From: an uncultured Clostridia bacterium
GTDB lineage: Bacteria > Bacillota > Clostridia > Oscillospirales > Acutalibacteraceae
Reading direction: 5' to 3'
DNA length: 57,963 nucleotides
NCBI GenBank assembly: GCA_944384895.1
Contig: CALWVB010000012.1
Span: 1 to 57,963, forward strand
Shown here piece by piece: positions 1 to 8,326 of the stretch. The translations under genes were made by a program, and so were the position numbers. Position 1 is the first letter of the stretch, and each line of letters starts with the position of its first letter. The notes under the pieces are model-generated. The model saw only the letters and a program-made list of their open reading frames with translations. It was not told the DNA's origin and did no database searches.

Positions 1-1323
1 TTTTATATTAAAAATTTTTATTATACAGCAGTTCGAAACGGGATTTATGATCAGATTAGTAAAACTGCTCCTAACTTAGCTACCTATCTTTCAGGCGATA
101 CAACAAGATTTGAAAATGGCGCAAGAGAAATAATAGAATCATTTGATAATAAAGAATCAGTCGAAATGATGGTAATTAATAAATATGGCAAAGTATTGGT
201 TACTACAAGCGGTTTTTTGCCGTCATCTGAACCAATGCCAGATTATAAAGAGACAGTGCAAAGTGGAAAAACCAGTATGTGGATAGGAAATCTTACTACT
301 GGAGAAAAAGTTCTTGCAGTAACAACAGCTTTTAAAAACAGCGCTACAGGAGAATTAATCGGCAGCATAAGATATATAGTATCGTTAAGCCCGGCTGACA
401 GGCAAATTACTATATATATACTTATATCTTTTTCTATCGCTTTAGCTATAATATTTTTTGTTGTAATATCAGGCGTATATTTTATAAATTCTATTGTACG
501 TCCTGTGCGTGAAGTTGGGCAATCTGCAAGATTAATCGCTATGGGAGATTTTGATGTAAGGATTGAACGAAGATATAATGATGAAATAGGCGATTTATGT
601 GATACTATAAATTATATGGCTGGCGAATTAGGTTCTGCAGAAAAAATGAAAAATGATTTTATATCATCAGTTTCACATGAACTGCGTACACCATTAACAG
701 CTATAAAAGGCTGGGGTGAAACATTAAAAGCAGTAGGTCCGGAAAATGAACAGACATTTAAAAAAGGTATGGATGTTATAATAAATGAATCGGAACGCTT
801 ATCAGGTATTGTAGATGAATTATTAGATTTTTCACGTATACAAAGCGGACGTTTAAAAATAATGTTTAATAAAATTGATCTGTTAGCTGAACTTGAAGAA
901 GTTATTTTTATTTTTATGGAACGTTCAAAACGCGATGGCATAACATTAACGTTTAATGAACCGGAAAATATTTCTCCAATTATAGGAGATGGAAACAGAT
1001 TAAGACAGGTATTTATTAATATTTTAGATAATGCTTTTAAATATTCAAATCCAGGCGGACATGTAACTGTTACTATAGCCGAAATAAATGATAAAGCTGT
1101 TGTAACAGTAAAAGATGAAGGTATTGGTATCTCAGAAGAAGATTTACCAAAAATCAAAGAAAAATTTTATAAGGCAGATCAAACAAGAAGAGGTTCCGGT
1201 ATAGGCCTTGCTATTGCTGATGAAATAATAAGGCTCCATAGCGGTACAATTGAAATTACAAGCAAAGTTAATATTGGTACTACTGTTGTTATATCACTTC
1301 CTGTATATAAGGAACAGTTTTAA
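1..1323 (+). CDS. Sensor histidine kinase, 5'-partial (TM, HAMP-like linker, HisKA, HATPase_c)
   Basis: Frame 1 is open from base 1, so the ORF-track Met at 166 is internal and the gene runs off the left edge. H-box SHELRTPL, N-box ILDNAFKYS, G-boxes DEGIGI and GSGIGLAIA. Hydrophobic segment ITIYILISFSIALAIIFFVVISGVYF. Confidence 0.85.
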   Translation, partial: FYIKNFYYTAVRNGIYDQISKTAPNLATYLSGDTTRFENGAREIIESFDNKESVEMMVINKYGKVLVTTSGFLPSSEPMPDYKETVQSGKTSMWIGNLTTGEKVLAVTTAFKNSATGELIGSIRYIVSLSPADRQITIYILISFSIALAIIFFVVISGVYFINSIVRPVREVGQSARLIAMGDFDVRIERRYNDEIGDLCDTINYMAGELGSAEKMKNDFISSVSHELRTPLTAIKGWGETLKAVGPENEQTFKKGMDVIINESERLSGIVDELLDFSRIQSGRLKIMFNKIDLLAELEEVIFIFMERSKRDGITLTFNEPENISPIIGDGNRLRQVFINILDNAFKYSNPGGHVTVTIAEINDKAVVTVKDEGIGISEEDLPKIKEKFYKADQTRRGSGIGLAIADEIIRLHSGTIEITSKVNIGTTVVISLPVYKEQF

Positions 1324-1360
1324 ATAGATTAAAATTTATAATAATTTAGGAGATGGATAC

Positions 1361-2467
1361 ATGTCAAAAAAACCAAAGAGGCAATTTACATCAATTGGCG
1401 GACAGGCTCTTATAGAAGGTATTATGATGAAAGGTCCTACAAGAACTGCATTATGCTGCCGTTTACCGGATGGAACTATCAGCACAGAAGAATTAAAATC
1501 AAATCCTTTACGTAATAGATATAAAATCTTTAAAATACCTCTGCTTAGAGGTATTGCTGGGTTTATTGATTCTATGGTTGAAGGATATAAAGCATTAATG
1601 AAATCAGCAGAAAATGCTGGTATGGATTTGGAAGAGGAAGAATTATCTCCTTTTGAAAAGAAAATCAGTAATCTTTTAGGTGATAAATTATTTTCTGTAA
1701 TAAGCTCAATAGCAGCTGTTTTAGGTATTGTTTTAGCATTAGGTTTATTCTTTTTCCTTCCAATATTAATGTTTAATGGATTACAATATTTAATTAATTT
1801 TATAGCTGGCCATGAAATATCAATAGCTGGTTACAGAGCATTATTTGAAGGTGTAGTTAAGATACTCATTTTCATTGGATATGTAGCGCTTGTATCTAAA
1901 ATGAAAGATATCCGACGGGTATTTGAATATCATGGAGCAGAACATAAAACAATATTTTGTTATGAAGCAAAGCTTCCATTAACAGTTGAAAATGTAAAAA
2001 TACAATCCCGTTTTCATCCAAGATGCGGTACCAGCTTTATAATTGTTATGCTTATTGTTGGTATTGCAGTTTCATATGTTATATCAAGTCTTACTACTAT
2101 AGACGATAATACAATTTTATGGTTTATAATAAAAATATTAATGCTTCCTATTATTATGGGGCTTGGATATGAATTTATAAAATTTGCCGGTAAACATGAT
2201 AATATTGTAACCAGAATATTATCCGCTCCAGGTTTATGGATGCAAAGGCTTACTACAAAAGAACCTGACGCTAGTCAAATTGAAGTTGCTATTGCAGCCT
2301 TAAATGCAGTCGATCCAAATCAACCTAATCCATTTGAAGTAAAAAATGAGGAAAGTACTGAAGTTAACTCAGTATCTGAAAATGTCAATAGTGATAACAT
2401 AATAGAACCGGAAAATATTCAAAATACAGAAACTTCAAACAGTACTCAAACAGGAGAAAAAATATAA
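1361..2467 (+). CDS. DUF1385 (YqhQ-like) membrane protein
   Basis: 368-aa ORF behind a GGAG RBS. IGGQALIEGIMMKG and YHGAEHKTI motifs plus several TM helices. Conserved position immediately upstream of prmC. Low-complexity Asn/Glu/Ser tail. Confidence 0.7.
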   Translation: MSKKPKRQFTSIGGQALIEGIMMKGPTRTALCCRLPDGTISTEELKSNPLRNRYKIFKIPLLRGIAGFIDSMVEGYKALMKSAENAGMDLEEEELSPFEKKISNLLGDKLFSVISSIAAVLGIVLALGLFFFLPILMFNGLQYLINFIAGHEISIAGYRALFEGVVKILIFIGYVALVSKMKDIRRVFEYHGAEHKTIFCYEAKLPLTVENVKIQSRFHPRCGTSFIIVMLIVGIAVSYVISSLTTIDDNTILWFIIKILMLPIIMGLGYEFIKFAGKHDNIVTRILSAPGLWMQRLTTKEPDASQIEVAIAALNAVDPNQPNPFEVKNEESTEVNSVSENVNSDNIIEPENIQNTETSNSTQTGEKI

Positions 2468-3312
2468 TGCGGGTAAATGAAGCGTATAAAATATCTGTAG
2501 ATAGCTTAAAAAAGTCAGGGTGTCAAAGCCCTGACTTTGATGCTATGTGTCTATTAGAAAATGCTTTTGGCTTTACACGCACAAAAATCTTACAGATATG
2601 GCTTGATGAAATACCTGAAGATATTTTTAAACGGTATATAGATGATATTAATAAAAGAGCAAATAAAATACCATTGCAATATATAATAGGCTCATGGGAA
2701 TTCATGGGGCTAAATTTTTCTATAGGACCTGGTGTGTTAATACCTCGTGCAGATACAGAAATATTAGTTGAGACAGCTATTGATTATTTAAAATCCAACA
2801 ATATCAAAAATCCGGACATTATAGATTTATGTTCTGGTAGCGGTGCTATTGCCATTTCAATAGCTGAGTTTGTAGAAAAATCTAATGTTACAGCTTTAGA
2901 ATTATCTGATGATGCACTTGAATATTTGCAGTTTAATAATAAAATACATAATAATAAAATAAATATAATAAAACATGATATTTTAATCCCATATGAATCA
3001 GATATAAAATATAACTGCATAGTATCCAATCCACCATATATATCAAAAAACGATATGCAAGAGCTTATGGAAGAAGTAAAATATGAGCCGCAGATGGCTT
3101 TATACGGCGGTATAGATGGTCTTGATTTTTACAGAGCGATTATACAAAATTGGATACAAAACCTTGAATCTGGCGGGTTAATTGCATTTGAAATAGGTAA
3201 AGGGCAGCATATTGACATTGCGGAAATGTTGTCTAAGGCAGAGATTAAAAATATATTTATGAAACAAGATTTATCCGGAATTATACGGGTTGTAGGAGGA
3301 TATAAGACTTGA
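2467..3312 (+). CDS. prmC: Peptide chain release factor N5-glutamine methyltransferase
   Basis: NPPY catalytic motif (VSNPPYI) and SAM-binding DLCSGSGAI. The start ATG overlaps the upstream stop (TAATG), suggesting translational coupling. Confidence 0.9.
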   Translation: MRVNEAYKISVDSLKKSGCQSPDFDAMCLLENAFGFTRTKILQIWLDEIPEDIFKRYIDDINKRANKIPLQYIIGSWEFMGLNFSIGPGVLIPRADTEILVETAIDYLKSNNIKNPDIIDLCSGSGAIAISIAEFVEKSNVTALELSDDALEYLQFNNKIHNNKINIIKHDILIPYESDIKYNCIVSNPPYISKNDMQELMEEVKYEPQMALYGGIDGLDFYRAIIQNWIQNLESGGLIAFEIGKGQHIDIAEMLSKAEIKNIFMKQDLSGIIRVVGGYKT

Positions 3313-3393
3313 TTTATTCTTAATTTATTCAGTTAAAATGAAATTATTATACTAAAAAATTTCATAATATGTTATTTTAGTTAAAAATTGTAG

Positions 3394-3422
3394 TTGATAT
3401 ATTAATAAAAATACAATATAAT
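3394..3422 (+). promoter_or_regulatory. Sigma-70-type promoter candidate for the nfnAB-like operon
   Basis: TTGATA (3394-3399), 17-nt spacer, TATAAT (3417-3422), about 50 nt upstream of the 3474 start. Confidence 0.4.
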
Positions 3423-3473
3423 AGTGTCTGGATAAAATTTAAATAAATACATGATTTTAGGGTGGTATATTAA

Positions 3474-4322
3474 ATGTATCTAATCAAAGAAAAAAGGCGT
3501 CTTAATTCATCAATGACTTTAATGTCTATTCAGGCGCCGCTTATTGCAAAGAAAGCTAAAGCAGGGCAATTTATTATTTTGCGTATTAATGATTTCGGAG
3601 AACGTATACCTCTTACAATTGCTGATTGCGATATTGATAAAGGTACAGTTACGATAATATTTCAAAAGGTTGGTAAAACAACTTATGAACTTGATCAGCT
3701 TGAACAAGGAGATAGTATACAGGATTTTGTAGGCCCATTAGGTTTGCCAACTGAGCTTGAAGGATATAAAAAAGCTGCTGTGATCGGCGGCGGCGCTGGA
3801 TGTGCTATTGCTTATCCATCAGCAAAAGCATTACATAATATGGGCGCTCATGTTGATATGATAGCTGGTTTTAGAAATAAAGATATAATAATACTTGAAG
3901 ATGAAATGTCTGCTGTATGCGATAATCTTTATATAACAACAGATGACGGTTCAAACGGTAATAAAGGATTTGTAACAGATGTTCTAAAAAAACTTATAGA
4001 AAATGGCGAACAATATGATTTAGTTATTGCAATAGGTCCAATGCCAATGATGAAAGCTGTTTGTAATTTAACTAAAGAATATAATATAAAAACCATAGTC
4101 AGCATGAATCCTATTATGATTGACGGTACCGGTATGTGCGGCGGCTGCCGTATAAAAGTAGGCGGAGAGATGAAATTCGCCTGTGTAGACGGTCCGGATT
4201 TTGACGGGCATGAAGTAGATTTTGATGAAGCTATGGAACGTTTGGCTATGTATAAAAAAGAAGAAAAGCAATCTATGGACCATGCTTGTAAATTAGGTCT
4301 TGGAGGTGGCAAAAATGCCTAA
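3474..4322 (+). CDS. nfnA: FAD/NAD(P)-binding ferredoxin-NADP+ reductase-like subunit (NfnA / sulfide-dehydrogenase-like partner of a GltD-type protein)
   Basis: 282 aa with the FNR-like fold order (RIPLTIAD, GGGAGCA). C-terminal Cys cluster GMCGGCR...FACVDGP typical of the 2Fe-2S PyrK/NfnA family. Overlaps and is paired with the GltD-like gene. Confidence 0.75.
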   Translation: MYLIKEKRRLNSSMTLMSIQAPLIAKKAKAGQFIILRINDFGERIPLTIADCDIDKGTVTIIFQKVGKTTYELDQLEQGDSIQDFVGPLGLPTELEGYKKAAVIGGGAGCAIAYPSAKALHNMGAHVDMIAGFRNKDIIILEDEMSAVCDNLYITTDDGSNGNKGFVTDVLKKLIENGEQYDLVIAIGPMPMMKAVCNLTKEYNIKTIVSMNPIMIDGTGMCGGCRIKVGGEMKFACVDGPDFDGHEVDFDEAMERLAMYKKEEKQSMDHACKLGLGGGKNA

Positions 4323-5703
4323 TATGGCTCTTAAAAAAACTCCTATGCCTGAACAACAGCCCAGTATAAGAAATAAAAATTTTTCTGAGGTTGCTACAGG
4401 TTATACAAAAGAAATGGCTGTTGAAGAAGCTAAACGCTGTCTTAATTGTAAACATAAACCATGTGTAACAGGATGTCCGGTTTCTGTTAGAATACCAGAA
4501 TTTATAAAAGCTGTTGCCCAGGAAGATTTTGCTTTAGCTTATAAAATTATAAAATCTACTAATTCTTTGCCTGCTGTATGTGGCAGAGTATGTCCTCAGG
4601 AAACACAATGTGAATCAAAATGCGTTCGAGGCATAAAAGGCGAACCTGTAGCTATTGGACGGTTAGAACGCTTTGTTGCTGACTGGGCTATGGAGAATAT
4701 TGAAAAGAAAACAGAAAAAGTTAAATCAAATGGACATAAAGTTGCTATAATCGGTTCCGGCCCAGCAGGTCTTACATGCGCTGGGGATTTAGCTTCACTT
4801 GGTTATGAAGTAACAGTATTTGAAGCTTTACATACTCCTGGAGGCGTGTTAATGTATGGAATCCCGGAATTCAGGCTTCCTAAAGCCGTTGTACAAGCTG
4901 AAGTAGACGGCCTCCGAGATATGGGTGTTGATATCCAGACTAATATGGTAATTGGTAAAATTCTTACTATTGACGAATTATTTGAAGATGGATATGAAGC
5001 AGTTTTTGTAGGATCCGGAGCAGGACTTCCTAACTTTATGAAAATTGAAGGAGAAAGTTTATTAGGCGTATATTCAGCTAATGAATTTTTAACTCGTATC
5101 AATCTCATGAAAGGTTATAAGGATGAATATGATACGCCTATTAAGAAGGTTAAATCAGTAGCTGTAGTTGGCGGCGGTAATGTTGCTATGGATGCTGCAA
5201 GATGTGCTAAACGTCTTGGTGCTGAAAATGTATATATTGTTTATCGTCGTTCTGAAGCTGAAATGCCTGCACGTTTAGAAGAAATACATCATGCAAAAGA
5301 AGAAGGCATTGAATTTAAACTTCTTACCAATCCTATTAAAATTTTAGGCGATGATAAAGGCTTTGTTAATAAAATAGAATGTGTTGAAATGGAACTTGGC
5401 GAGCCGGATGCATCAGGTAGACGCAGGCCTATTGAAAAGAAAGGTTCCAATTTTACTCTTGACGTTGATTGTGTTGTTATTGCTATAGGTAATTCGCCAA
5501 ATCCTTTAATCAGAACAACAACACCTGGTATTGAGGCCAATAAACGCGGCTGTTTAATTGTAGATGAAGATTCCCTTAAAACTACACGCAACGCTGTTTA
5601 TGCCGGTGGTGATGTTGTAACTGGTGCTGCTACTGTTATTCTAGCTATGGGTGCTGGTAAACAAGCGGCTAAATCTATTGATGAATATATAAAATCTAAA
5701 TAG
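4315..5703 (+). CDS. nfnB: NADPH-dependent glutamate-synthase small-chain homologue (NfnB/GltD-type oxidoreductase)
   Basis: Two Cys clusters (CLNCKHKPCVTGCP, CGRVCPQETQCESKC) and two dinucleotide folds (IIGSGPAGL, VVGGGNVAMD). Start placed at ATG 4315 behind GGAGGTGG; the ORF track begins at 4300. Overlaps the nfnA stop by 8 nt. Confidence 0.8.
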   Translation: MPNMALKKTPMPEQQPSIRNKNFSEVATGYTKEMAVEEAKRCLNCKHKPCVTGCPVSVRIPEFIKAVAQEDFALAYKIIKSTNSLPAVCGRVCPQETQCESKCVRGIKGEPVAIGRLERFVADWAMENIEKKTEKVKSNGHKVAIIGSGPAGLTCAGDLASLGYEVTVFEALHTPGGVLMYGIPEFRLPKAVVQAEVDGLRDMGVDIQTNMVIGKILTIDELFEDGYEAVFVGSGAGLPNFMKIEGESLLGVYSANEFLTRINLMKGYKDEYDTPIKKVKSVAVVGGGNVAMDAARCAKRLGAENVYIVYRRSEAEMPARLEEIHHAKEEGIEFKLLTNPIKILGDDKGFVNKIECVEMELGEPDASGRRRPIEKKGSNFTLDVDCVVIAIGNSPNPLIRTTTPGIEANKRGCLIVDEDSLKTTRNAVYAGGDVVTGAATVILAMGAGKQAAKSIDEYIKSK

Positions 5704-5719
5704 ACATTATAAATTTAAT

Positions 5720-6272
5720 AAATAACCACCGGTCAAACGGGTGGTTTGCTCATCCCTATAAGGGGTAGTTTCCGGCCAGCGCCTAAAGACGCTGGCTTTC
5801 ACTTTGTTTAAGCCTATTGCCTTTACCTCATTTGCCGCCCCTTAAATGGCGTTGTATTACTTGCTACCTTTGAAAGGGTCTTCATACTCTCGTACATTCA
5901 ATTTATCGAGTGCTATATCGTGCTTCTCTTGCTCCTTCTATGTATTTCCGTATTGTTGCTTCATTAAGTCCTACTGTACTTACATAGTAAGCCTCTGCCC
6001 TAAAATGTCTGTTTCCGTACTTATACTTTAAATTTTTGTGTTTATCAAATATCATCAATGCACTTTTGCCTTTTAAGTATCCCACAAAACTTGACACACT
6101 TATTTTGGGTGATATACTTAACAATAGATGTGCATGGTCGGGGCATCATATTTCCTTCCAGTATTTCTACTCCTTTGTATTTACACAGTATTCTTATGAT
6201 TACTTGTAAATCTGCTCTATACTGCCCATATATTGTTTTTCTACGGTACTTAGGTATGAAAGCTATGCTATC
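5720..6272 (-). mobile_element. Degenerate IS200/IS605-family element (tnpA remnant plus downstream subterminal hairpins)
   Basis: Y1-transposase homology across three reading frames. Hairpins lie downstream of the tnpA stop at 5775-5796 (GCCAGCG/CGCTGGC) and 5724-5747 (ACCACC/GGTGGT). Confidence 0.7.
5857..6272 (-). pseudogene. tnpA: IS200/IS605 Y1 transposase TnpA, 5'-truncated with at least two frameshifts
   Basis: The minus strand reads DSIAFIPKYRRKTIYGQYRADLQVIIRILCKYKGVEILEGNMMP. A frameshift follows at the G4/C4 run 6140-6143. Next comes DHAHLLLSISPKISVSSFVGYLKGKSALMIFDKHKNLKYKYGNRHF..YYVSTVGLNEATIRKYI, carrying the HUH motif and catalytic Tyr region. A second frameshift lies near 5931-5943, then EQEKHDIALDKLNVREYEDPFKGSK and a stop. 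About 18 N-terminal residues are missing, with a TAG directly upstream of DSIAF. Confidence 0.8.
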
Positions 6273-6605
6273 CTAAATCAAACAATATATAAAAATATGC
6301 ATTTATAATAAAGAAAATATTTTAGGTTATGTTATCGTAAATAAGGGGGCGCCTGCGTGCAACCATATAAAATATGGTTGCCAAATGCAAAATAATTTGA
6401 TAAATAAAGATGATGGATATTTAAGGGAATTAGATTCTCTTTATAACTCAGTATAAATATTTTAGAAATTATTTTGCGTAAAGCGCATCTTTAGATGCGC
6501 TGCGCAGGCGCCCCCAATAAATGGTGCTTTTACATTATCTTTTCGTTTTTATTTTAGCTTTATTATAAATTCTTTATTTTAGATGATTTAAATCATCTTA
6601 GAAAA
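6254..6605 (+). repeat. Extended homology unit, copy 1 of a three-copy intergenic element
   Basis: Aligns by eye with the reverse complement of 15459-15838 on both sides of the core. Left flank: AAATCAAACAATATATAAAAAT...AGGTTAYGTTAYCGTAAA. Right flank: GGTRCTTTTACATTATCTTTTC...TGATTTAAATYATCTTAGAAAA. Confidence 0.75.
6345..6515 (+). ncRNA. Candidate structured core (GC-clamped four-stem fold), copy 1; RNA versus ssDNA function unresolved
   Basis: Outer stem GGGGGCGCCTGCG (6345-6357) pairs with CGCAGGCGCCCCC (6503-6515). Hairpin GCAACCATAT/ATATGGTTGC. Long-range stem GCAAAATAATTT/AAATTATTTTGC. Hairpin GCGCATCT/AGATGCGC. GC-only pairing in an AT-rich intergenic region. Confidence 0.5.
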
Positions 6606-6634
6606 CACTATGTGATACTTACACATCCATTTAA

Positions 6635-6695
6635 CTCACCTTTCTTTTTTGCAATAAGCCTAAATATTTTATTGTATCACGAAGGTGAGTTTTTT
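6635..6695 (+). terminator. Hairpin plus U-tract (long loop), terminator candidate T1
   Basis: CTCACCTT (6635-6642) pairs with AAGGTGAG (6682-6689), followed by TTTTTT. Confidence 0.4.
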
Positions 6696-6714
6696 GATTT
6701 AACGCTTTGTCGCC

Positions 6715-6737
6715 CACCCGCATAGCGGGTGTTTTTT
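6715..6737 (+). terminator. Rho-independent terminator T2
   Basis: CACCCGC-ata-GCGGGTG followed by TTTTTT. Confidence 0.7.
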
Positions 6738-6779
6738 GTTTCGTGCCTTGCGCACTCTACTGTCTAAAGATACTAGTAT

Positions 6780-6815
6780 AAAAAAATCCACTGAATTTTT
6801 CAGTGGATTTTTTTA
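6780..6815. terminator. Bidirectional Rho-independent terminator T3
   Basis: A7-ATCCACTGAA/TTCAGTGGAT-T7. Confidence 0.7.
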
Positions 6816-6897
6816 TTATTCTTTTTTTAGATTGTCCTCAGTAATTGTAATTTTGACATTGATTAATGCATAACATTTATTGGGACGGTGATATAAA

Positions 6898-7734
6898 ATG
6901 AATAATGAAATTGAAAGACCATATAGAACATCAGCTAATCACAGAATGAACAGGCAAAAAAAGCCTGAAGATAAGAAAAATGAACGTTTGCCATTATATG
7001 TACAACTAATTGTTTGTACTGTTATAATATCTGCTGCTTTAATATTTAGATTTGCTGATACCGGAAGCTTTGAATATATGCGCGAGCAATATACGGATGC
7101 AATGTCACAACAGATTGATTTATTAAAATTTGATGCAATAGAAACATTTTTTTCAACAAATGAGAATACGGTAGCTGCCAGTTCATCAGGAACAGCAAAT
7201 ATTAAAAATGGAGTAGAAGCAGTAAGACCAGGAAATGATAAAAGCAATTTAGCTTTAGCTATGACAAGCCAATCCAGTTCACAGATAAGTTCAGGTGCTT
7301 CAAGTGAAATGGTATCATCACAGGAAAATAAGATTGTATTTCAACCGCCTGTAGAAGATGCTGTTATTACATCTGCATATGGTTTGCGTGAAATGGATGG
7401 GCAATCTGATTTCCATAAAGGTATGGATTTTGCAGTACCATTTGGGACGCCTATAACTGCTGTTATGGCAGGAACAGTTATAGAAACAGGTGAATCAAAT
7501 AGTTATGGCAATTATATAGTTGTTGAACATGAAAATGGTATAAAGACGAGATATGCTCATTGCAGTTCTATACAGGCTTCTGAAAATGATAAAGTTACCG
7601 ATCAGGATGTTATAGCTTTTGCCGGTTCATCCGGAGATTCTACTGGACCTCATGTACATCTTGAAGTAGAGATAGACGGAGCTACAGTTGATCCGGAAGA
7701 ATTTTTCGATAAAGCATCACTTAAATATAATTAA
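6898..7734 (+). CDS. M23 family metallopeptidase with N-terminal TM anchor (SpoIVFA-like)
   Basis: LytM/M23 motifs HKGMDF (HxxxD) and GPHVHLEV (HxH). Single TM helix LYVQLIVCTVIISAALIF. Sits immediately upstream of an M50 site-2 protease, as in spoIVFA-spoIVFB operons. Confidence 0.7.
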   Translation: MNNEIERPYRTSANHRMNRQKKPEDKKNERLPLYVQLIVCTVIISAALIFRFADTGSFEYMREQYTDAMSQQIDLLKFDAIETFFSTNENTVAASSSGTANIKNGVEAVRPGNDKSNLALAMTSQSSSQISSGASSEMVSSQENKIVFQPPVEDAVITSAYGLREMDGQSDFHKGMDFAVPFGTPITAVMAGTVIETGESNSYGNYIVVEHENGIKTRYAHCSSIQASENDKVTDQDVIAFAGSSGDSTGPHVHLEVEIDGATVDPEEFFDKASLKYN

Positions 7735-7747
7735 AGGTACTTATTAT

Positions 7748-8326
7748 ATGTCATTTAATCATAAAAATACAATACAAATATCAGTATCGGTTTATTTTGC
7801 TGCTTTTGCAGCAGCTATGCTTATAATTGATACAACAGGTGTCGCAGCAATAGCTTTTTTATCCGCTATCTTGCATGAAATAGGACATTTAATAGTAATA
7901 ATTTTATTTGGCAGTCCGCCTAAAAGTATAAATTTTAAGACAACTGGAATGCAAATAATAAACCGTCCTGATATTGATTTAAGTTATAGCAGGGATATTG
8001 TTGTATGTTTAGCAGGCCCTGCTATAAATTTGTTTGTATTTATAATGTTTTATTCAGTTGATGAATTAACTGCCATAATCAATTTATTTTTAGCAATATT
8101 TAATTTATTGCCTGTTATGCATTTAGACGGTGGCAGAGCTATATATTGCTTTTTATGTAAAGTAATAAGTCACCATGCAGCGGAAATTATAATTAATATA
8201 TTATCTTTAGCTGTTATAATCCCTTTAACTATTTTGGGAATTTATATTTTTCTTAAAACAGGTTATAATTTCAGTCTTTTAATTGCATCAATTTATTTAA
8301 TAATTTTATTTATAAAAAAACGTTAG
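7748..8326 (+). CDS. M50 site-2 protease family protein (SpoIVFB-like, short form without a CBS domain)
   Basis: HEIGH zinc motif inside a TM helix and NLLPVMHLDGGRA second motif. Start placed at ATG 7748 (MSFNHKN), since the ORF-track start at 7688 would overlap the upstream gene. Confidence 0.65.
   Translation: MSFNHKNTIQISVSVYFAAFAAAMLIIDTTGVAAIAFLSAILHEIGHLIVIILFGSPPKSINFKTTGMQIINRPDIDLSYSRDIVVCLAGPAINLFVFIMFYSVDELTAIINLFLAIFNLLPVMHLDGGRAIYCFLCKVISHHAAEIIINILSLAVIIPLTILGIYIFLKTGYNFSLLIASIYLIILFIKKR

Noticed and set aside
612-1157. 181-aa minus-strand ORF inside the histidine kinase gene, and similar antisense ORFs at 2523-2705, 2784-3029, 3929-4312, 4803-5108, 5289-5591, 6939-7247, 8513-8869, 10566-10916, 12753-13136, 21687-21968, 37255-37656, 41528-41767 and 46053-46340
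   Set aside because: All are fully embedded antisense or out of frame within genes that have strong family motifs. They lack RBSs and show the Ser/Ile/Phe-rich composition expected of shadow frames in AT-rich DNA.
5846-6276. Two + strand ORFs (5846-6031 and 6058-6276)
   Set aside because: Both lie antisense to the IS200-type tnpA remnant, whose homology is unambiguous on the minus strand. Neither has an RBS or a recognisable motif.
6345-6515. The three GC-clamped repeats as a CRISPR array or the remnant of one
   Set aside because: The copies are 9-16 kb apart and in mixed orientation. Each is about 170 nt with internal long-range pairing. There are no regularly spaced short direct repeats and no cas genes in the window.
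6254-6605. IStron (group I intron fused to IS200/IS605) interpretation of the structured region upstream of tnpA
   Set aside because: The gene order (structured segment 5' of tnpA on the minus strand) is reminiscent of an IStron. However, I could not identify P7/G-binding or P3-P8 type elements. The copies sit in intergenic regions rather than interrupting ORFs, and the fold is quasi-palindromic. I keep it only as a remote alternative to test with group I intron covariance models.
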